Below, one piece after another: positions 38,380 to 47,105 of a stretch of 64,000 nt of DNA. A program made the translations under genes and the position numbers. Under the pieces are notes generated by a model. The model was not told the origin of the DNA and ran no database searches. It saw only the letters and a program-made list of their open reading frames with translations. Numbering within the stretch: the stretch's first letter is position 1; each line of letters opens with the position of its first letter. Location of the stretch: positions 246-64,245 of the forward strand of contig CAVYHN010000032.1 in the NCBI GenBank assembly GCA_963768295.1, in the 5' to 3' direction. Source of the stretch: an uncultured Gammaproteobacteria bacterium (lineage in GTDB: Bacteria; Pseudomonadota; Gammaproteobacteria; GCA-001735895).

Positions 38380-39192
38380 TTAAAATATCGAGCTGCAGAG
38401 TTCGTTAACCGCGGCGATCATTTCGCGATCGTCGGTGAGCGCTTGCGAAACCGCGCTGGCGCAGGCGTCTCTCGGTTCGATACCGCTGACCATCAGCTTA
38501 CCGGCGTGCACCAGCAGGCGTGTGCTGGCGCCTTCGTCGAGGCCCGCACCCTTGAGATTACGCGTGAGCTGGGCAAAGCGAATCAACTGCCTGGATTTGT
38601 CGGCATTTAGCCCGGACTCGGTTTGCACGATTTTCTGCTCCAGTTCGGCCCTGGGGTAATCAAACTCGAGCGCCACGAAACGCTGACGCGTGCTTTGTTT
38701 GATGTCCTTGAGTACGCTCTGGTAACCGGGGTTGTAAGAAATGGCCATGCAAAAATTTTCATGGGCGACGATCAATTCTCCCAGCTTTTCCACCGGCAAC
38801 ATGCGCCGGTCGTCGGCCAGCGGGTGTATCACGACCGTGGTGTCGGCGCGGGCCTCGACAATTTCGTCGAGATAACAGATCGCCCCATTGCGCACCGCCG
38901 CGGTCAACGGACCGTCGATCCAGACCGTCTGGTTGTCGGTGATCAGGTAGCGCCCGATCAGATCGGAGGCGGTCAGGTCGTCATGGCATGAAACGGTGAT
39001 CAGCGGCAGCTGCAGACGCCATGCCATGTACTCCATGAAACGGGTTTTGCCGCAACCCGTGGGTCCCCGTAGCGCAACCGCCAGCTGGTTGCGATAGGCT
39101 GATTCAAAAATCTCGATTTCGTTGGCGACGGCCTCGTAGTAAGGCTCTTCGGTGATGCGGTATTCTTCCGGCTTCAGGGTTTGAGCTGACAT
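38380..39192 (-). CDS. CbbQ/NirQ/NorQ family AAA+ ATPase
   Basis: PYYEAVANE, GPTGCGKTRF, CHDDLTASDLIGR, YLDEIVEAR, SYNPGYQ, KQSTRQRF. Confidence 0.94.
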   Translation of the reverse strand: MSAQTLKPEEYRITEEPYYEAVANEIEIFESAYRNQLAVALRGPTGCGKTRFMEYMAWRLQLPLITVSCHDDLTASDLIGRYLITDNQTVWIDGPLTAAVRNGAICYLDEIVEARADTTVVIHPLADDRRMLPVEKLGELIVAHENFCMAISYNPGYQSVLKDIKQSTRQRFVALEFDYPRAELEQKIVQTESGLNADKSRQLIRFAQLTRNLKGAGLDEGASTRLLVHAGKLMVSGIEPRDACASAVSQALTDDREMIAAVNELCSSIF

Positions 39193-39621
39193 CGTATTCG
39201 TACCTGGTTTGCAGGGGCTCTAATATACAGGCCGACACTATACTGGTATTGGTCGATTGTTTTTATAATAGTATAAATTGGCATTTGCAGATTAATCCCT
39301 GCAGCATGGTCAGCTCGGCGCGCCGGGTCAAGGCTCCGGCCTTTATCGGTAGCGCCGCCGCCCGCGATTACGGCGCCGACACGATTATCACCACCTGTTT
39401 TTTTGGTTCCCGTTTCAGGCCTGCGTCGAGCTCTTGCAGGAAGGAATTAATGCAAAATTTTGTAGCAACTTCAAGATGCCTGTGGTTTACTAGCGCCACT
39501 TTAATTCAGCGGCCATAGGCCAAAGCGCCAAAGAATCGCTACTGAATGGCCAGAGAATCAAGGCCGAGAAACTGGAGGAGATAGCTGCCAAAATTAAAAT
39601 AATAAAGGCAGTGAGGACGAG

Positions 39622-39648
39622 AAAGGCGCCATTAGGCGCCTTTTTTTT
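39622..39648 (+). terminator. Intrinsic terminator with no annotated upstream gene
   Basis: AAAGGCGCC-ATTA-GGCGCCTTT running into an 8-T tract. Confidence 0.8.
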
Positions 39649-39649
39649 G

Positions 39650-39775
39650 TTCTGGCCTGCTGCGCTTGCGCGAGCGGCGTTGGAACTTCGCGCGAGACGC
39701 TCGCGTACGGTCTGTACTGCTCGCGCCATCGCGCAAAATCCCGCCTTGCTCTCGCGGCGCTCGCGACGGCCAGAA
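39650..39775 (+). repeat. Dispersed palindromic repeat, copy 2, with 8-bp terminal inverted repeats
   Basis: TTCTGGCC (39650-39657) and GGCCAGAA (39768-39775); core matches copy 1. Confidence 0.9.
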
Positions 39776-39799
39776 TCTTCCCTAAACGACAGTCATACT

Positions 39800-39868
39800 T
39801 GCTGCGCTTGCGCGGGCGGCGTTGGAATTTCGCGCGAGACGCTCGCGTACGGTCTGTACTGCTCGCGC
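39800..39868 (+). repeat. Dispersed palindromic repeat, copy 3 (truncated)
   Basis: TGCTGCGCTTGCGCGGGCGGCGTTGGAATTTCGCGCGAGACGCTCGCGTACGGTCTGTACTGCTCGCGC matches copy 2. Confidence 0.85.
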
Positions 39869-39957
39869 ACCGACCTGCGCCTGGTTGGATCGGATTACGA
39901 TTTTTTTAGTCGGCACATCTTTTTATCGGCGCATCTGTTGCTATAATTTCACCTTAG

Positions 39958-40509
39958 ATGAAACTGCTTCCCTTGATTCTTATGCTCTCGATTTTACTGG
40001 TCGCGCCGCTGCAGGCGAACCAGGACGGCATCGTCGTGCGTACCGCCGCGGTGCATGCCCAGGCGAGCCACGGGTCGAAGCGTATCGGGCAGGTCGCCGC
40101 CGGCACGACGGTCAGTATTTTTTCACGCCAGGGTGGCTGGAAGGAAATATTCTCGGAAGATAATTCAATCGTTGGCTGGGTGCGCAGCTACCAGGTGCGT
40201 GAAACCACCGCGGCGGCGCCCGTAAGCGCCGAACCCGAATCGGATTCGCGTGGCTTTCTCGCGGGCCTCGCATCCTTTTCGCGCAAGGCCAGCAGCTTTT
40301 TCAAATCCGGTAAAGACAGTACGAGCTCGGGAACGGCAACCATCGGCGTCAGGGGATTGAGCGAACAGGAAATCAATAGCGCGCAGGCCGATTTTGCCGA
40401 GTTTGAAAAAATGCAGCGGTTCGCCAGCAGCACGAAACGCGCCGGCAGCTTTGCCAAACAGGGTGGCCTTAGCGCAATCAAGGTTCCACATATCTCGGGT
40501 GAAAAATAG
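39958..40509 (+). CDS. Exported SH3-domain protein
   Basis: Signal peptide; VHAQASHGSKRIGQV...SRQGGWKEI...VGWVR; C-terminal TATIGVRGL. Confidence 0.8.
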   Translation: MKLLPLILMLSILLVAPLQANQDGIVVRTAAVHAQASHGSKRIGQVAAGTTVSIFSRQGGWKEIFSEDNSIVGWVRSYQVRETTAAAPVSAEPESDSRGFLAGLASFSRKASSFFKSGKDSTSSGTATIGVRGLSEQEINSAQADFAEFEKMQRFASSTKRAGSFAKQGGLSAIKVPHISGEK

Positions 40510-40512
40510 AAA

Positions 40513-41400
40513 ATGAAAATCCTGGCCTCGACGATACTGCTGTTCAGCCTCATTTTTAGCCCGGCCGTTATGACGCCCTCGTTTGCTTTGAGTTTCGATG
40601 ATTTGAAAAAGGATTTTAAAGAGGCGAAGGAAAAACTGAAGAAAAAGGCCAAACAGGGCAAGGAGAAATTCGACAGCTCCCGCGGCAAGCTCACCGAGGA
40701 AGAAGAAATCGAGATCGGTGGCAACCTGGTTTCGGGATTGCTTGGAGCGGCGCCGCTGGTCGACGATGCCGGCCTGCAACAGTACGTCAACGATGTTGGC
40801 TACTGGATTGCATCGCAGTCGAAACGCGAGCAACTACCCTGGAACTTCGGCGTGATCGATTCCGCGGGGATTAACGCTTTCGCCGCGCCAGGCGGCTATA
40901 TCCTTATCACCCTGGGACTCTACAACCTGCTCGAGAACGAAGCCCAGCTGGCCGGGGTACTGGCGCATGAAATTGCCCACGTGGTGCGCAAGCACCACCT
41001 CAAGGCGTTGCAGAAAACCATGCAACGGGAATTCTGGACCGATCTCGGGATCGAAGTGGTCGGCAATGAGAATAAACGTGAAAAACTCCGGAAATTAATC
41101 AACTCCGGGGTGCAGCTCTATGCCACCGGTCTGGATCGAAAATACGAGTATGACGCAGATTTGCGCGGTGTGGTGCTGGCGGCCCGCGCCGGCTATGATC
41201 CCTACGCTATGCTTGATGTGTTGACCACCATCGACAGTATCAATCCCGCTTCCTCGGAATTGACGGTGCTCATGAAAACGCATCCGCCCACGGCGAAACG
41301 CCTCGATCAGCTTGGCCGCAAGATGGACGGCAGGCTGGACGACTTTGCCGCGGGGCAGCTGAATGCCGGACGTTTTCGCCAGATCGCCAGCAATCCATAA
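40513..41400 (+). CDS. M48 family zinc metalloprotease
   Basis: INAFAAPGG, HEIAH (HExxH), EYDAD, THPP. Confidence 0.9.
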   Translation: MKILASTILLFSLIFSPAVMTPSFALSFDDLKKDFKEAKEKLKKKAKQGKEKFDSSRGKLTEEEEIEIGGNLVSGLLGAAPLVDDAGLQQYVNDVGYWIASQSKREQLPWNFGVIDSAGINAFAAPGGYILITLGLYNLLENEAQLAGVLAHEIAHVVRKHHLKALQKTMQREFWTDLGIEVVGNENKREKLRKLINSGVQLYATGLDRKYEYDADLRGVVLAARAGYDPYAMLDVLTTIDSINPASSELTVLMKTHPPTAKRLDQLGRKMDGRLDDFAAGQLNAGRFRQIASNP

Positions 41401-41441
41401 AGTTTAACCGGCTTGGCAGTAACTCGGAGTAACAGGCCATA

Positions 41442-42476
41442 ATGTACGCAATGAGTAACAACGACCGCGCAATCATGCGCTGGTTACAGCTATGCCTGGT
41501 ACTGATTTTCGCCATGGTCATTCTCGGCGGCGTCACCCGGCTCACCGACTCCGGGCTTTCCATGGTGACCTGGCATCCTGCTGGTATGCTGCCGCCGCTT
41601 GGCGATCAACAATGGCATGCCGAATTCGAGCTTTACCAGCAGTATCCGGAGTATCAGAAACTGAACCGTGACATGTCGCTCGAAGGCTTCAAGTCGATAT
41701 TCTGGTTCGAGTACTCGCATCGCATGCTGGGGCGACTGATCGGCCTGGTGTTTCTGCTGCCGTTGGTTTACTTCCTGCTGCGCAAAATGGTCAAACCCGG
41801 CCTGACGCCCAGGCTGGTGATCCTGTTTTTTCTAGGCGGCATGCAGGGTCTGCTCGGCTGGTACATGGTTAAGAGCGGCCTGGTCAGCAATCCGCACGTT
41901 AGCCAGTACCGGCTGACCGCGCATTTGCTCAGCGCAATCCTGATCTACGGTTTCCTCCTGTGGACGATATTCAATCTGGCTTTCCCGCTTAAATACCGCC
42001 CCCTGGCCGAATCCGATGTGAGCGGCTGGCGCAAGGCCTCCTGGGGTCTGTTGACCCTGCTGCTGGTAACGATCGCCACCGGCGGATTCGTCGCCGGCCT
42101 CGATGCGGGGATGATATTCAATACCTTCCCCCTGATGGGAGACACCCTGCTGCCCGAGGGCATAGGCGCGTTAACGCCCTGGTATCTGAATCCCTTTGAA
42201 AACCTGGTGACGGTGCAATTCAATCATCGTTGGCTGGCCATCACGACCGGCCTGTTGCTCATTGTCTGGTATGTCAAGGGGCGTTCTCGATTCGACGACG
42301 CCTTGCTGCAGCGCGGCTTTAAACTGGTCGGCATGATGGTGATCATCCAGCTTGGACTCGGAATTGCGACCCTGCTGATGCAGGTCCCGGTGTTGCTCGG
42401 CGCGTTGCACCAGGCCGGCGCCCTGGTACTATTCGGCGTTTTGCTGCTTAACGTCCATGCACTCAGCCGCGTGTAG
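41442..42476 (+). CDS. ctaA: Heme A synthase (COX15/CtaA)
   Basis: GGVTRLTDSGLS, WFEYSHR, QGLLGWYMVKSGL, QFNHR, HQAGA. Confidence 0.93.
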   Translation: MYAMSNNDRAIMRWLQLCLVLIFAMVILGGVTRLTDSGLSMVTWHPAGMLPPLGDQQWHAEFELYQQYPEYQKLNRDMSLEGFKSIFWFEYSHRMLGRLIGLVFLLPLVYFLLRKMVKPGLTPRLVILFFLGGMQGLLGWYMVKSGLVSNPHVSQYRLTAHLLSAILIYGFLLWTIFNLAFPLKYRPLAESDVSGWRKASWGLLTLLLVTIATGGFVAGLDAGMIFNTFPLMGDTLLPEGIGALTPWYLNPFENLVTVQFNHRWLAITTGLLLIVWYVKGRSRFDDALLQRGFKLVGMMVIIQLGLGIATLLMQVPVLLGALHQAGALVLFGVLLLNVHALSRV

Positions 42477-42532
42477 TTGCGCGGCCGGGCGGGTATAATT
42501 CAGCGCTTTGGCCGAAACGAGACGATCCGTCG

Positions 42533-43018
42533 ATGACTAGCCCCAGAATCGGACACGGTTACGATGTGCATGCCTTCACGCAGGGTAATGGCTTCGTGCT
42601 GGGTGGAATCAAGATTCCCTGCGACAAGTCGATCGTTGCGCACTCCGATGGCGATGTGCTGATCCATGCGCTGTGCGACGCCCTGCTCGGCGCATTGGGG
42701 CGTGGCGATATCGGCCGCCTGTTTCCCGATAGCGATGCGCTTAACGAAAACCGGGATAGCCGCGAATTTCTGCAGGCGGTAAAACGACTGGCGGATCAGG
42801 ATGGCTTCCGCCTGGGTAACGCCGATATTACCGTGATTCTGCAGGCGCCTAAAGTGGCGCCCCAGCTGGAGGCGATGCAGCTTGTCCTGGCGCGGGCGCT
42901 GGATTGCCCAGCGGGACTAATCAATATCAAGGCGACAACCACCGAGAAACTCGGCTTCATCGGGCGGGAACAGGGTGTCGCCGTCGAGGCGGTAGTCTTG
43001 CTGGAGCCAGTCACTTGA
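42533..43018 (+). CDS. ispF: 2-C-methyl-D-erythritol 2,4-cyclodiphosphate synthase
   Basis: IGHGYDVHAF, HSDGDVLIHALCDALLGA, KATTTEKLGF. Confidence 0.97.
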   Translation: MTSPRIGHGYDVHAFTQGNGFVLGGIKIPCDKSIVAHSDGDVLIHALCDALLGALGRGDIGRLFPDSDALNENRDSREFLQAVKRLADQDGFRLGNADITVILQAPKVAPQLEAMQLVLARALDCPAGLINIKATTTEKLGFIGREQGVAVEAVVLLEPVT

Positions 43019-44067
43019 GCCTGGGGCCGGTCATGCTCGATATTGCCGGAACGACGCTCGACGACGACGATCGCAAGCGGCTGCGTCATCCGCAGGTCGG
43101 CGGCGTGATTCTGTTCAGCCGCAATTACCAGGACCCGGCGCAACTGGCGCAGCTTTGTCGGGAAATCCATGCGCTCAGAGACCCGCGCCTGGTGGTTGCA
43201 GTCGACCATGAAGGCGGGCGCGTGCAGCGCTTTCGCGAGGGCTTTCAGGCCGTGCCGGCGATGGGGCATCTTGGCGACCTGTATGATCATGATGCGCAAC
43301 AGGCCATTCGGCTTGCCGAAACCTTTGCCTGGGTGATGTCTGCGGAACTGCTCAGCTATGGGGTCGACCTCAGCTTTGCACCGGTGCTGGATCTCGCCAA
43401 TCCAATTAGCAGCGTTATCGGTGATCGTGCATTTCATCGCGATCCCGAGGTTGTGTGTCATTTGGCCAATGCCTGGATTCGTGGCATGCGCAGTGCCGGC
43501 ATGGAGGCGGTAGGCAAACATTTTCCGGGACACGGCTCGGTGGAGGGTGACTCGCATCACGTCATGCCTTTCGACCGCCGCGGTTTTAGCGAAATCGAGG
43601 CGCTGGACCTGATTCCGTTTCGGCGGGTTATCGCCACGCATCTGACCGGTATCATGATGGCGCATGTGATTTACGACCGGGTGGACCCGCATGCGGCCGG
43701 TTACTCGCATTTCTGGATTGAAACGGTACTGCGCGGGCAGCTAGAATTCGAAGGTGTCGTTTTCAGCGACGATTTGAGCATGAGCGGCGCCGAGTCGGTT
43801 GGTGGCTATGCCGAACGCGCGCGGCATGCCCTCGACGCGGGCTGCGATATACTGCTGGTTTGCAATAATGCGGATGGCGCCGACGAGGTGCTGGAGTCGT
43901 TGCAGGGTTATACCAACCCGACATCGCAGCTACGCATGATACGCTTACATGGTCAGGCCGTGGCGCCCGACTTGCGCGAATCGGAGCACTGGCAAAGCGC
44001 CTGCGACGAGTTACTGACTTTCAATCACCGGCTTGGACTGGCGAGTAGTGGAGATTTATTCGAGTGA
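43015..44067 (+). CDS. nagZ: Beta-N-acetylhexosaminidase
   Basis: TTG start (MSLGPVMLD) overlapping the ispF stop; DHEGGRVQR, KHFPGHG, SDDL. Confidence 0.95.
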   Translation: MSLGPVMLDIAGTTLDDDDRKRLRHPQVGGVILFSRNYQDPAQLAQLCREIHALRDPRLVVAVDHEGGRVQRFREGFQAVPAMGHLGDLYDHDAQQAIRLAETFAWVMSAELLSYGVDLSFAPVLDLANPISSVIGDRAFHRDPEVVCHLANAWIRGMRSAGMEAVGKHFPGHGSVEGDSHHVMPFDRRGFSEIEALDLIPFRRVIATHLTGIMMAHVIYDRVDPHAAGYSHFWIETVLRGQLEFEGVVFSDDLSMSGAESVGGYAERARHALDAGCDILLVCNNADGADEVLESLQGYTNPTSQLRMIRLHGQAVAPDLRESEHWQSACDELLTFNHRLGLASSGDLFE

Positions 44068-45146
44068 TGACTGAACTGGACCAATGGATCCCGTGGATGG
44101 GCGGGGAGTGGGCCTGGGTAGCCCAGGTATTTTCCATCGTGTTGGTGACGGCCTTTGCCAGCTTTTTTATCAAGCGGTTGTTGACGAAGATGCTAACGCG
44201 GCTCAATCGCACCGCCACTCGCTGGGATGACATCATCCTGAAATCGATGCAGCGACCGATTACCTGGATCGTGTGGTTACAGGGTCTGAATATCGCCGTC
44301 GATATTGTCTATGCGCAAACTCAGAACGTGATCTTTTCCTATTCCGGTCCAATTCGAGATGTTGGCGTTTTGGTCTGCATTACCTGGTTTCTGCTGGGGC
44401 TGGTGCGCGGTGCCGAACAGGAATTTACCACCGAGGCCGATCAAATCGATCAGCATACCGCCGAGGCGATCGGCAAGCTGGTGCGGCTCGCGATTATTAT
44501 TACCGCGGCGCTGGTGATACTGCAGACGCTTGGATTCAGTATTTCAGGGGTGCTGGCGATGGGCGGCATCGGTGGCATCGCGGTCGGTTTTGCGGCCAAG
44601 GATTTGCTGGCCAATTTCTTCGGCGCCCTGATTGTTTACTTCGATCGCCCCTTCCTGGTGGGTGACTGGATTCGCTCGCCCGATCGTAACATCGAGGGCA
44701 CGGTCGAAAAGATCGGCTGGCGGTTGACGGTAATCCGTGACTTCCAGTCACGTCCGATTTACGTTCCCAATTCTATTTTCACCAGCATCATCGTCGAAAA
44801 CCCGTCGCGCATGGCGAACCGTCGTATCAACGAAACTATCGGCCTGAGGTATTCCGATCTGACGAGTATGGATAAGATTGTCAGCCAGGTGGAGGCGATG
44901 CTGAGAAGTCACGAGGCGATCGATCCCGAGAAAACGTTGATGGTCAATTTCAACGAGTTTGCGGATTCATCGGTCGACTTTTTCATCTACTGCTTTACGA
45001 AAACCACCAAGTGGGTAGAATTCCACCAGGTCAAACAGGACGTGATGTTGCGTATCGCCGAAATAATCGGGGCGAATAATGCGGAGGTCGCGTTCCCGAC
45101 GTCCACCATTCACATTGCCGATCCGATTTCGGTAGACAGCAGGTAG
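44064..45146 (+). CDS. MscS family mechanosensitive channel (YnaI-like)
   Basis: GFAAKDLLANFFG, DRPFLVGDWI, EGTVEKIGWR, IYVPNS. Confidence 0.92.
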   Translation: MMTELDQWIPWMGGEWAWVAQVFSIVLVTAFASFFIKRLLTKMLTRLNRTATRWDDIILKSMQRPITWIVWLQGLNIAVDIVYAQTQNVIFSYSGPIRDVGVLVCITWFLLGLVRGAEQEFTTEADQIDQHTAEAIGKLVRLAIIITAALVILQTLGFSISGVLAMGGIGGIAVGFAAKDLLANFFGALIVYFDRPFLVGDWIRSPDRNIEGTVEKIGWRLTVIRDFQSRPIYVPNSIFTSIIVENPSRMANRRINETIGLRYSDLTSMDKIVSQVEAMLRSHEAIDPEKTLMVNFNEFADSSVDFFIYCFTKTTKWVEFHQVKQDVMLRIAEIIGANNAEVAFPTSTIHIADPISVDSR

Positions 45147-45147
45147 T

Positions 45148-45702
45148 ATGCAAGCAGACCGTGCCCAGCAAGTACACCAGACCGCAGACCTGCTGTTCGC
45201 GGCCGACTCGGTAGAACGGTCGATTGCCGAACTTGCGCGCCAGGTTGAAGTCGAATGCAAGGAGGATTTTCCGCTGCTGCTGTGCGTCATGAATGGCGGG
45301 CTTTATCTGACCGGGCAATTGCTGCGCCACTGGGAGTTTCCGCTGACGCTCGACTATGTGCATGCCACGCGTTACCGGCTGGCGACGCTGGGCAAGGACG
45401 TATTGTGGAAGGCTTATCCGCAAAACGAGATCAAAGACCGCAACGTGATTATCGTCGATGATATTTTCGACCAGGGTTATACCCTGGAAGAAGTGAAATC
45501 ATACTGTCTCAAGCACGGGGCGCGCAAATGCAGCAGTGTGTTCCTGATCCGTAAAACCCACGAGCGCAAAAAGGCCGATATCCAGCCTGATTTCGTCGGC
45601 CTCGAATGCGACGATTGTTATGTTTATGGTGTCGGCATGGATTTGAACGGTCATTTCCGCAATCTCTCCAGTATCTATGCGCTGCCTGAAAAGGTGGTTT
45701 AA
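45148..45702 (+). CDS. Hypoxanthine-guanine phosphoribosyltransferase family protein
   Basis: PRPP-binding VIIVDDIFDQGYTL; YVYGVGMD. Confidence 0.9.
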   Translation: MQADRAQQVHQTADLLFAADSVERSIAELARQVEVECKEDFPLLLCVMNGGLYLTGQLLRHWEFPLTLDYVHATRYRLATLGKDVLWKAYPQNEIKDRNVIIVDDIFDQGYTLEEVKSYCLKHGARKCSSVFLIRKTHERKKADIQPDFVGLECDDCYVYGVGMDLNGHFRNLSSIYALPEKVV

Positions 45703-46445
45703 TGCTTGCGATTATTGGTGGCAGCGGCCTTTATTCGCTGGGTGATGATTTTGAGCTGGAGGAACAGGCGTCCCGGGACACTCCCTATGGTGAGACATCG
45801 GCCGATATCTTACAGGGTAAATGGCAGGATGTAGCGCTGGCTTTCCTGCCCCGTCACGGCCCCGGTCACAAGGTTCCGCCGCAGCGCATCAACTATCGGG
45901 CCAATCTCTGGGCGCTTAATAATATTGGTGTTCGGCATATCATCGCGGTCAACGCGGTCGGCGGAATCAGGGCCGATATGCCGCCCCTGACGCTGGCCGT
46001 GCCCGACCAGATAATCGACTATAGTTCAGGCCGGGAAAACACGTTTTTCGATGGCGACGATACGCTCGTTAGCCATATCGATTTCAGCTGGCCCTACAGC
46101 GCGCAGCTGCGTGGAATAATTACCGAGGTTGGTCTGCAGCTGGGTCAGCCGCTGGTTGCATCCGGCACCTATGGCGCCACCAATGGTCCACGCCTGGAAA
46201 CCGCGGCCGAAGTTAAACGCTTGCAGGCCGATGGCTGTACCATGGTGGGTATGACTGGAATGCCTGAGGCGGCTTTGGCAAGAGAGCTCGAGATCGAGTA
46301 TGCCTGTCTTGCGCTGGTTGTTAACTGGGCCGCCGGCATCGAGGATCGAGCAATCAGCATGCAGGAAATTCTGGCCAACATGGAACAGGGCATACATCAG
46401 ATCAAGCCGCTATTGCTCGGCGCGGCCAGGCTGGTTCGAAAGTGA
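45702..46445 (+). CDS. S-methyl-5'-thioinosine/thioadenosine phosphorylase (MTAP family)
   Basis: AIIGGSG, FLPRHG, GPRLETAAE, VGMTGMPEA. Confidence 0.9.
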   Translation: MLAIIGGSGLYSLGDDFELEEQASRDTPYGETSADILQGKWQDVALAFLPRHGPGHKVPPQRINYRANLWALNNIGVRHIIAVNAVGGIRADMPPLTLAVPDQIIDYSSGRENTFFDGDDTLVSHIDFSWPYSAQLRGIITEVGLQLGQPLVASGTYGATNGPRLETAAEVKRLQADGCTMVGMTGMPEAALARELEIEYACLALVVNWAAGIEDRAISMQEILANMEQGIHQIKPLLLGAARLVRK

Positions 46446-46996
46446 ACTACTGCAGCCAGTGCGGGCAGCCCGTTACCCTCAAGATTCCTGTAGACGACAA
46501 TCGTGAGCGCTTTGTTTGCGATCATTGCGGCTACGTGCACTATCAAAATCCCAATAATGTCTGCGGTGCGATACTGACCCGTGGTGACGAGTTGCTGCTG
46601 TGCAAGCGCGCCATCGAGCCACGCTATGGGCTTTGGACCCTGCCTGCCGGATTCATGGAAAACAATGAAACCGTGGCCGAGGCCGCGGCCCGGGAGGCGC
46701 TGGAAGAAGCCAATGCGAACTCGGGCCCGCTGACCCTGTTTGGAATCTTCAGCATGCCCTATATTTCACAGGTCTACCTGATGTTTCATGGCGAGCTCGT
46801 CGGCGATATTTCCCCCGGTGTGGAAAGCCTCGAAGTCGGCATGTTCAAGCGCGCGCAAATTCCCTGGGACGAGCTTGCCTTCCCGGTAATCTCCCATAGC
46901 CTGAAACTGTTTTATGAACACGGCACGGATCGAGTGCATCACGCCTGGTTTAGCCGGAGTCCAGATCGCGAAGTCGAGCTGCATTTCATCGACTAG
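46442..46996 (+). CDS. NUDIX hydrolase with N-terminal zinc ribbon
   Basis: YCSQCG...CDHCG, WTLPAGFME, Nudix box ETVAEAAAREALEEA. Confidence 0.92.
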   Translation: MNYCSQCGQPVTLKIPVDDNRERFVCDHCGYVHYQNPNNVCGAILTRGDELLLCKRAIEPRYGLWTLPAGFMENNETVAEAAAREALEEANANSGPLTLFGIFSMPYISQVYLMFHGELVGDISPGVESLEVGMFKRAQIPWDELAFPVISHSLKLFYEHGTDRVHHAWFSRSPDREVELHFID

Positions 46997-47105
46997 GCCG
47001 ATCACGGCATGTGGCGCAATGGAAGCTGCCCGCTGCCGATTCCGAACTGGTTTCGTTGCCGTGCAAGCCGAGGCGAGCCGTAATCCGACGCGGTCCGAAT
47101 CCGGC

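Noticed and set aside
31252-39868. CRISPR array or intact IS element
   Set aside because: The copies are dispersed, ~100 nt long, lack regular spacers, and no cas or transposase gene is present.
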